Source: an uncultured virus (IMG/VR IMGVR_UViG_3300027976_000010)
Taxonomy: Duplodnaviria; Heunggongvirae; Uroviricota; Caudoviricetes
Virus record (IMG/VR): IMGVR_UViG_3300027976_000010
Strand: one strand, 5' to 3'
DNA: 64,000 nt
The notes beneath the pieces are model-generated. The model had not been told where the DNA came from and searched no databases. It worked only from the letters and a program-made list of their open reading frames with translations. The position numbers and the translations under genes were made by a program. Shown piece by piece: positions 9,561-18,558 of this stretch (the first letter of the stretch is position 1; the number at the start of each line of letters is the position of its first letter).

Positions 9561-10192
9561 ACCGCTACCGCGAGTCGTTGGCCCAGCGTGGTGGGCAGCC
9601 GTCCTGCGAGTAGACCGGCGTCGACCGAGCGTGCGATCGCAGACTCGTAAGGTATTTCGGCGATCACCGGCGCGCCGACAACAGCCTCAACATCAGCTTT
9701 ATTGAGCGCGCGGCCTTCTTCAAAAATCAAGATGATGCCGGTGGGTGGTTGCTTGAGCGCAGCGGCATGACGCAGCGCCAAGTAACACGGCCGGATTACG
9801 AGGTATGAAACATCGGCGTAATCAACGAACGGTGAGCGACATGCGCCGCTGCCGGCATCGACGACGACAGGTACCGACATGTTCGTCAATGCCTTCGCAA
9901 GCGATTCGTAACGCGCTAGGTCGTCGAGCTCCTTGCTACCGAGCGGGATCAGCGAGAGTGAGTTGTTGGCGGGGACTAGTAGATCCTCAAGGATGCCGGC
10001 ATCGTCCTGCGACATCAGCCAGTCCGAAACCCCTGGGCCCTTTGGTTCGCCCATGCCCATCGCGGCCGGTAGGTCGCCGGCTAGGTCGACAATTCGTGCA
10101 CCGGAATCTGAACGGCCCGCAAGCATCACTCCGAGCGCGGCGGAAACCACGGTGGTACCGCTTCCACCTTTTACCGAAAAGCAAACAATCAC
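9557..10192 (-). CDS. ParA/MinD-like P-loop ATPase (Ssd/CpaE-like)
   Basis: Deviant Walker A SVKGGSGTT, VDLAGD, VVVDAG, IARSVDAGLL. Confidence 0.8.
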   Translation of the reverse strand: MIVCFSVKGGSGTTVVSAALGVMLAGRSDSGARIVDLAGDLPAAMGMGEPKGPGVSDWLMSQDDAGILEDLLVPANNSLSLIPLGSKELDDLARYESLAKALTNMSVPVVVDAGSGACRSPFVDYADVSYLVIRPCYLALRHAAALKQPPTGIILIFEEGRALNKADVEAVVGAPVIAEIPYESAIARSVDAGLLAGRLPTTLGQRLAVAV

Positions 10193-10216
10193 AAGAGCTC
10201 CTTTTGATTCATTGGG

Positions 10217-10447
10217 TTACCTCATCTCCTTGCGCCGAAACGTTCGGAATTCTTTGTTTAAAACTTTTTGCCGTTGTATGTCTTCGCGGTTCCGGCCGGC
10301 GATTCGCGTTGCCTGCTCGACAAAAGCCGAGTGGTCGATAGCGCTAATCGTTGTTACCTCGCCGCACATCTCCAACACATCCTGATGGCTCTTCAGCAGT
10401 TCTTTAAGAATCGCCATGACATCAGTGCCTATCATGGCGGCCGTCAT
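10217..10447 (-). CDS. Hypothetical protein
   Basis: GGAG RBS; TTGCTT-N17-TAGTCT upstream. Confidence 0.55.
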   Translation of the reverse strand: MTAAMIGTDVMAILKELLKSHQDVLEMCGEVTTISAIDHSAFVEQATRIAGRNREDIQRQKVLNKEFRTFRRKEMR

Positions 10448-10744
10448 TTGACATCTCCACGGTATGCAGACTTTGTATCCATATGGGCAGACTATGCCAA
10501 GTCTGCATGGAAAGCAACATAAAGTTTGTAATATATCACCAAGCCCGCCAAGAGCGACCCCAACGGGGCGATGTCCTGCGGAGGTAGGCCGTTATGCCCG
10601 GCAGGACGCCAGCAATGAGCTCAGGGAGTATTACATGAATCATAAGGTCGAGTCGGCGGATAAAGAAACAGGGGCTGTGAAGTCGCCAGCGGCTGATGGG
10701 CAAACACTCGTTCGCCCGGGCGTCACGCATCACCGTCGCGATGT

Positions 10745-10978
10745 TCATACGGGGTGCTCGGCGTTTCGTGCCTCTAGCCGTTCCACTTCCGCCTCTAGCC
10801 GCTCATTCTCGCCAAACAAGAAACCGTACCCAGTAACTAGCGCGGCGTTTCGTGCTTGTAGCCGCTTCACTTCGGCCTCAAGAACTTTCGCAGCGGCATA
10901 TATAGTCATAGTACGGGTGGCCCAATCCTCGCCAATCGCCTTCATCGCCTCAGTAACTTCATTCGTTGGTTCGTTCAT
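10745..10978 (-). CDS. Hypothetical coiled-coil protein with an internal repeat (LEAEVxRLxARNA x2)
   Basis: AGGA RBS; duplicated segment is also visible in the DNA. Confidence 0.6.
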   Translation of the reverse strand: MNEPTNEVTEAMKAIGEDWATRTMTIYAAAKVLEAEVKRLQARNAALVTGYGFLFGENERLEAEVERLEARNAEHPV

Positions 10979-11199
10979 ACGGACATCCTATGGTCGCCCC
11001 CTGTCCCTTACAACCCCTAAGGGAATAAAGTCTGCTTTAGCGGCGCTTTAATTTCCTGGAAGAAGGTCATCCGCCACCGTCGACTTTATTTTGCAAATAG
11101 AAAATGTGGTCTGGAGTCCCGCCGTATGGGGGGGAGGGGTATCCCGACGGGTGAGACTGGGGAACGGGTAGAGTTGTGCGAGTCGGGACTCAATTCCAA

Positions 11200-11439
11200 C
11201 TATTCCGTCGCTCCCTTTACATACGCCTTCGCTTCCCGACCGCCGTGGTCTAGTGCCCAATGAGAAAACATTAAGTGCATCTGGATGGACAAGGCTGAAT
11301 GGCTTTTGCGATTATTACAAGTTGCCTCTGCCACAGGTACACCTGTTTCCAATGTCTCTTCGCAGCGTGGACAAATCCATTTCTCATGCTTTTGGCTGAC
11401 TAGGTGGAATTTACTCATAATCATAATAGTTTGCCCCAT
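11200..11439 (-). CDS. Small Zn-ribbon-like hypothetical protein
   Basis: WICPRC...TCN...H; GAGG upstream. Confidence 0.45.
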   Translation of the reverse strand: MGQTIMIMSKFHLVSQKHEKWICPRCEETLETGVPVAEATCNNRKSHSALSIQMHLMFSHWALDHGGREAKAYVKGATE

Positions 11440-11756
11440 AGACGTCCTCTTTTGGCGGATGTTTACTTTTTCGGAATTGTCACACCCTACACGCACACTA
11501 CAGGTAATAACAACAATCCACTCCAAACCCTTACGGGGAAAGGATAACTGATGCCAAAGAATGAAATTGAGTCACACCGTCGCGACCATCGCCTTTATCA
11601 AGCGATATTCGGATTAACGGAACAATACCCGGTACGAACCGAGAAATGCCCAATCTGCAAAGGACTAGAAAACCCTTTTCTGGATACGGAGTAGGCATCG
11701 CGGCGTTCGAGCGGCACCGGTAAAAAAGCTGGAGAAAATACAACCCAGGACAATGC

Positions 11757-14700
11757 AGTCCCGACGCACCGAGTCACCGCTGTTCGTTTCTTGCGACATC
11801 GCGCTTGCTTCACCCGCTCGCTCGCCACAATGCCCTGCGGTCATGTGTCTCATACCCACGGGGGGTATGAGTCCCTCACTCACGGAGCTACGCAAGAACC
11901 ATGTCGCATAAACGAAATAGCTGGGTTGCAGTACTGACCCGGCGACAATTGACTTACTAGTCCCGAACCCAAGTCGCGGCCATTCGTTTGTGTAACCCTT
12001 CGGGCAACGCCAGCAGTGGTTCACTTCCTTCGTTTCAGTGGCCTACGGCCATGAAACCGCGCTTGCCGCACCCGGCCGCGCAGCAGGCTTAGTTCGCTCA
12101 CCACACCCTGGCTCTGCCCCCCGGGTTTCACAAAACGAAATGCCCTACTACATTGCTTGGAGACATCACTTATTAGTCCCGAATGTCAAATGCAAGTCAT
12201 TCGTTGACTTACCCTCTCGGTACCGCCAGAAACCGCCCCATTCCTTCGTTCCAAGAGCCTGCGGCCCTGGAACCGTGCGCCGAAGCGGCTGCACGGCGGG
12301 CTCAGTTCATTCGGCGGAATTCTGGCTACACCAAACGGGTAAAATCAAACGAATGCCCCTTTGCGCCAAAGGTCAACTTATTAGTCCCGATAAACCAGAC
12401 AGTCGTCCTTGTCTTCACCATCGCTCGGCGACGCTACGCGCCATTTTATCCGCGGCCAACCATCAGCAAAAACCGCTGATGAAACTGACATTCCGCTACG
12501 CTTCAGTCAGTTTAGTTAGTTGACCCCAAATAAAATTGATGCTCCGCACGCCAGCTACTGGTGATGCCAAGAGACAGACCATCTGGTTTCTAGTCCCGCT
12601 GTTTCAACTTTCCGACGCTCATCTTATACCTATCCCTACCGCCGGTCGGCTCGGCTCTGCTTGCCACGTCCGCTCCTGACAAGTCCATCAGCAAAAAACG
12701 CTGATAGAAATCACATTACGTTGTAATGGATTTCTTTCCTTGTCAGAAACTCCCTCGCAAGCAATGCCGAAGCCTCGCTCGCGTGCGGGATCGGCATAAA
12801 GAATGAGCATCTCTTCTTTAGAGTCCCGAGTTTTATTACTGGTTCGCGTTGCGCCAAGGCACGGCGTTATCCAGACACATACGCATCCTTTCAGAATGCT
12901 ACCGCTAGTGGAGCCACTCTCTGCCGCTACGCCGGCTTTCCGCCACGTTCCACTACGTTCCACGTCATCTCCAAGCCTGGCTTGCGTCAGACAGATGTCC
13001 CCCCCGCTTGCGTACTGGATAACTTCGCTTCTGGCGCCCCGAAATGACAAAGAACTTCATAGTCCCGAATCACAATCCCCGTTCTTTTAGCCACCTCGTC
13101 TACATTCGTGTCGCAACGGTCCGCCTCCCTTTAGTGTAAATGCGCCATAAACCGTGTTCGCTACGCTAGCAAGGCACAACCTTGCTGCGCACGGTCGTGC
13201 TCGCCACGCGTTTTCCGCTACACGCTTTTGCCTTTTTACACATCGGTTCGTCGGAACCAGTTGCTCCACGAAAGCCGCTCGCTAACTAAAAAGAACTAGC
13301 ACTAGTGGGTCCCGATAGTACAAATCACGCATCTGACTCCCGGCCCCACGGCGGCCGGTAGATCAAGATGCTTCGTCTAGCAATCTAGACCGCTTCATAG
13401 TCCCGATGAGATTTCTTTCCGATGGTCTGTTTTTATTCCGACAACCGCCACGCCGCTCGCAGTCATTTTGTACGCGGGATCCTTGATGCGCCGTTGGCAA
13501 TGCCAACCAGCGCATCGGCACATCCCTACCGTAAAAAATGAAATGCTCGCTAGTGGCTTCTGTCCGCATAAAAAACAAAACCATCTGGTTCCTGGTCCCG
13601 CAATCTTCCGATGCCCGCCCTTATTCTGACCGAGGTCTCCGCCCTCACCTTTATGTATTCACTACGGGTGCCAGAGCGCAACTTCAGCAAAAACCGCTGA
13701 GCCAAACGGCATTTTCGCGTACGCTCCAATGCTTGTTTGGTGTTGCGCCCGGGCTCCTCTCCGTAAATAAATAAAAGGCTCGTTCTCCGACCAAGGTCAT
13801 CGTAAGAGGCGGAGCATCTAGTTTCTAGTCCCGACTTTTAATGAACAATCGGTGCCGACGCCAAGACGCGAAAACTATCCAGAAGCACACTCCCCTGTTG
13901 CACACAACAGCCTCGTGACGCTACCGGATCCATTGTCTGAGCGTAACGCCCTGCTTTCCACTACGTTCCAAGCCCGGCTAACGCCAGAAAAATGGCTCCC
14001 CCGCTTGCTTACTGGACGTCTTTCGCTTCTGGCGACCAGCACAACCGACAAAGAACTTCCTGGTCCCGCCCCTAACAACTCACGGTTGCTTAGTCCGTCC
14101 CAAATAGGTACCGCTCCCTGCGTGCGTTTCGCTTTCCCGTCAAATCGCCACCAACCGTGTTCGCTACGCTTGCAAGGCACAACTTTGCTTCGCACGTTGT
14201 GCTAGCAGCGTTTTTCGCTACACGGTTCTGTCTCTTTGACGACCCGCTCACGCAACGCAGGACGCTTAACCTCATTTGGGAATGGACATAAACAACCTGG
14301 TTCCCTAGTCCCGACCATGTGAGCCATGTTGCAGAAAACTTTAACCCGTGTAATTTGGCGCCGTAACGCCAATGCGATGTGCCCATCGCAAGGCGTTAGG
14401 ACGGGGGGAGCGCCGAAATGACACTACTCAATTTTGTTACAGCCGTATCACCGTTCCCGGCTACTTAGTCCCGTATCGGCATTACTGTAATGTTCGCGGA
14501 CCCAATAACGCCATCTTCGTCTATGTTGCCACGCCTACACCGTTTGAAGTTACAGCTTCAGTCACGTCGATTTACAGCACCTTCCGAAATGGCTACGCCA
14601 TTCGGACGCTGATTTAGAAAAATCAGCCCCGGCGCGTAAATCTCGCTCGTTCGCGTAACACCAAACGAGTTCCGGCTGAGCAACACGCCAAATCTGCCGA

Positions 14701-17700
14701 TTATCGTGTCCTGTACTACTGAGTCCCGATCAATAAAACAAATCTTACGGCGCGTTTTCGGCAAGTCCTTCCAGGCTTGGGCTCCCACGCACGTACGCTG
14801 CCGCATCACACGCCACTCACACGTTGTATTCGCGGTACGTCTATGTCCTGCGTATGCCTCAGGCTCGATAACTTCGTTAGCGCCCAGTTTGTTCACTACG
14901 TTCCAAACCTGGCTTCTCGCTTTCTTCGGCACGCAGGACATAGAACCGTGTGCTGATGCCGCTCCCTCCGCGTGCGAACCCCAAAGCCAATGGAACGACA
15001 ATTGCCCAACGACGCCTGGTTCCCGCTTACAAGTCCCGTAGCAATATCCCTAACATCATCATTACATCTCGTGTACTTCGCACGTTGCCGGCTCCGTCTC
15101 CGAATCCGTGCTTCGCACTAGTTCGGAACCTACGCCCGGCAAGACACGGGTCAGACGCTATGCGTCGCCCCGCTTGCTCCCTACTCTCAATGTAACTCTA
15201 TAGTCCCGAATCTAATGATTTACAAACTGGGGAATTTCAATTTGGGACTCCGTCAAGTCGGACCCTCTCGTTTGATTAATTGGCTCTACCTCATCGCCTG
15301 CGGCTCTTCGGTGCGCCTACGTCTTTCGCTCAATTATTCAAACTGCCGGTTCTCAACTTAACGGAAGTCCCACCCGGGGTCGGCAAGGACCACTACCTAG
15401 TCCCGACTTCAATAACAATGACGATTACCTCGCACCAAAGTGTTTGCTGGCTTTTCAAATATTTCTCCTCCAACTATTTTGTTATTTACGCAGAAATACA
15501 CTGCTCTTCGCTCCTGCGTCGCTAGAAATAACAAACATAGTTTCCCCCGGAATATTTAAAAACCTACCCTTACTCTCTCGCGTTGCTCGTTCGTTTCGGC
15601 GAGCACACTTTGATTACTCGATAATCTAGTTTCAACTAGATAGTCCCGTCTATCGCAACCCGTGTCAGCTCGCCCACCGCGCCGCGGCGCTCCCGCTTCG
15701 CAGTACGCTGCCACTAAGCGGGCGCATCGCAACAACGGGTTGCTATAGGTCTCGCCCTTCTGAGTCCCGACTATCTTACAAGTTACGGCGTAATCCAAAT
15801 ACCCTGAAGTTTTTCGCACGCTGGCCCCCTTGTCGCTACGCTCCTACGGGCACCGCTGCACGAAAAATCACGAAATCACGCCCTTGCTTCGCCCGGTCGG
15901 ATTTCTTTACTTCAGCCTATTTGTCTTATGCCTGAATACCCTGGTTACTATAAACTTCCACTACGGGAAACGCGGTGCGTTCCCGTCGCGAACTAGGGGT
16001 TCGCGCTGTTATTCCCTAGTCCCGCACTATGTTGAATAACGATCGACCGTATCTTTATGCTTATGCGACCACTACGCAAAAAGTAAATACCGCTTCGCTA
16101 GCCCTGCGGGCTTATGTACTTTGTTACTGCGTGTCGCAACGCACAAAAGACACTAGTTCGTGATTGCGGACTTTACTTCAATCGGCACGCCACAAGGGCG
16201 TCCCTCACTAACAACTCCCGAGTCCCGAATGTAAACGGCTTCCCGCCCTTTGTGCTCCACCACGGAACCTGCGCACAACATTCGCACCGCTTCGCTAGGC
16301 CCTGGGGGCCTTGCTCTGTTGATGCTACGCTGCCGTGCTGTCCGCAAAAAAAGGCTGTCGTGTTGGTGTCAACTACAACTACTATAGAGTCCCGAATGTG
16401 AACAACTGACCGTACTTTTTTGCTTATGACTCTACGCTCCGCACATCGCTCGTACCGCTGCGCACTCGGCGATGACGCTTCGCTGCCAGTCATCGCAAGA
16501 AAAGATACGAGTTTGTGATCGGATAGTTTCCTTAATCGGCCCGCCACAAGGGCGGCCCTCATCATGAACTACCTAGTCCCGAATACATTGGGATAACAAC
16601 TAACCGTATCCGTAGTCAACTGTCTCTCGTGACGCTATCTTCTCCATTTCCACCGTGTTGCTTTGACGCTCCTTCGTCGCTCACCTTGTCTCCGACTTCG
16701 GTGCGAAAACAACACTCAAAAAATGTCGGCGTTGCGCTACCCGATCAACAGTTGCCATACGGACACTCTTTTATGGCTGGAGTCCCGGCACTCACGAGTC
16801 CCGACTACCCGATAGGGCGCGGCCTAATCCGAATATCCCAGAGTTTCCCGGTACTACGCCGTCGGACGCTTCGCTTACCGAAGCCCTAGCACCTGGAACC
16901 ACGAAATCACGCCTTCGCTACGCTCAATCGGATTTCTTTACTCTGGGCTATTAGTCTTACGCCTAGGTATCCCGGTTACTATAAATGTCCGTTACGGGAT
17001 GCGCGGTGCGCACCCGTCGCGAGCGGGGGGCTCGCGCCACTATTTCCTAGTCCCGAATGTTTTAGACCACTGACTCCCCGCATTTTTTGCTCCCCGCGTA
17101 AGCTACGCACGAAGTAAACACGCTTCGCTGGATCCTGCGGATCCGTGTACTTCAGCGCTACGCAGTACGCGTCCGCAAAGAAAATGCTATCCCCGGAGAC
17201 GGAGCACTCCAGAGTCCCGATTGTTATATGTCTGCGATTACGGAACCCAAAGCCCTAACCAGGTTATTTCAAAAGTGCTCCCCCGCATTCTGAAATGTTT
17301 GCGCAGAAAACCACTGCTTCCCGCTCCTGCGTCGCTCAAAACATTTCCGAAAGCTCCGCCGACTTTTGAAAAAACTACCCTTGCTCTCTCGCTTCGCTCA
17401 TTCGCTTCAGCTGGCACGCTTTGACTTTCCGCAATCTTCTCTATGGGAAGGCGTAGGCTTATGTTCCCGATATCTTCGCTCATACTTCGCTACGAGCATC
17501 GGAACCAACGCCATACGCCCCTGGAGTCGTGTCCGTTGGGGAGTCCCGAATAGTTAGTGGCGAAGCAAACTCGCTATCTCGTATGCGCTCGCTCCCCGAC
17601 GGCTGTGCTACTCCATTTTCTCACTTTGCGCACTCGCTCCTTCGTCGCTTCACTTCGCCTGCGGCTTCGTTCGTGCACCAAAGTTCAAAAATCGTCGGCG

Positions 17701-17777
17701 CCCGGCCGTCGGTACACTCTCACAATCCGAGCGCTCGTTTTAGACAACGCCTATCCGTGTTGTACTCAGGAGTCCCG
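11757..17777. repeat. Non-coding array of about 30 structured ~200-nt units delimited by RGTCCCG
   Basis: 27 AGTCCCG plus 3 GGTCCCG, all on +; unit ends are self-complementary; several units are paralogous; no credible ORFs. Confidence 0.9.
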
Positions 17778-18005
17778 TTACTTTTGTTCAATCTTTAATG
17801 TCACACGGATTGTGTCTCCGTCAACATCATTAACCTCCAACCCGAGTTCATCCAGTATTGTGTCGGCCACATCGCTCATCTGGCTATACAGTTTTCTCAG
17901 CTCATTATCCGAAAACCCCTCCTCAAAGGAGATGTCAAATAAGGTGTCTGCTATCTGGTTGACTATTGAAAGCCTTGCTTCATGCGGGTTTAAGACCATT
18001 GACAA
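17778..18005 (-). CDS. Small acidic hypothetical protein (start uncertain)
   Basis: Protein-like acidic helical ORF; its stop codon directly abuts the last array motif. Confidence 0.6.
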   Translation of the reverse strand: MSMVLNPHEARLSIVNQIADTLFDISFEEGFSDNELRKLYSQMSDVADTILDELGLEVNDVDGDTIRVTLKIEQK

Positions 18006-18069
18006 AGGCTACCAGATGACGGTATGCTACTGCAAGGCACATTCACGACAACACAAGGAGAATCCGAAC

Positions 18070-18558
18070 ATGTCATCAGCGCCTGTAACAATCACCGGTA
18101 ATCTTACCGCCGATCCGGAGGTCCGTTTCTTTGATTCGGGAGCCCAAAAGCTCTCGTTCTCAGTCGCGGTCAACAATTTCTGGACCGACGCAAAAGGTGA
18201 AAAGCAAGAAAAAACGTCCTTCTTCAACGTCGTTGCCTGGCGCAACCTCGCAGACGATGCCGTCAAAACATTGGAGAAAGGCCTACGCGTAGTAGTGACC
18301 GGCCGTCTCGAGCAAGAGTCATGGGACGACAAAGAGACTGGGAAAAAGCGTTCAACCGTTAATATCCTCGCCGACGAAATCGGCATCTCTGTCCGTGGTA
18401 TCGAGAGCATCCGCCGCAAGCCAAAAACCGAAGCGTCAGCAGATGGATATCCTTCCGCATCACGTGGGGGCGCCAAAACCGCAACACGTACTGCAACGCG
18501 CCCAGCCACAACCCGCCAGGAAGCCGATCAGTATGAAGAAGGCGTAGCGCCCTTCTGA
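18070..18558 (+). CDS. ssb: Single-stranded DNA-binding protein
   Basis: ITGNLTADPE...FFNVVAWRNLA...KG.RV.V.GRL.Q..W; acidic tail ending APF; AAGGAG RBS; TTGACA-N18-TATGCT upstream. Confidence 0.95.
   Translation: MSSAPVTITGNLTADPEVRFFDSGAQKLSFSVAVNNFWTDAKGEKQEKTSFFNVVAWRNLADDAVKTLEKGLRVVVTGRLEQESWDDKETGKKRSTVNILADEIGISVRGIESIRRKPKTEASADGYPSASRGGAKTATRTATRPATTRQEADQYEEGVAPF

Larger units (their letters stand above)
2698..11082 (+). repeat. Dispersed 15-16 bp motif TCATCCGCCACCGTCG, six intergenic copies in the same orientation
   Basis: Copies start at 2698, 3577, 5457, 7165, 7557 (one mismatch) and 11067. Confidence 0.9.

Noticed and set aside
2698..11082. Identity of the 16-mer with the mycobacteriophage L5 stoperator
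   Set aside because: Only GGTGG is shared on the minus strand; treated as an analogy, not homology.
11757..17777. CRISPR array or integron cassette array
   Set aside because: The constant part is only 7-8 nt and the units are ~200 nt, variable, self-folding and mutually paralogous. There are no cas or integrase genes, no GTTRRRY/RYYYAAC ends and no cassette ORFs.
11531..17798. The many 60-160 aa ORFs called inside the array
   Set aside because: They overlap on both strands, are R/S/P/C-rich, lack RBS or coupling, and paralogous units do not preserve a frame.
17557..18069. 171-aa N-terminal extension of SSB in the ORF track
   Set aside because: The SSB fold begins at ATG 18070 with its own AAGGAG and promoter; the extension is antisense to 17778-18005 and runs into the array.
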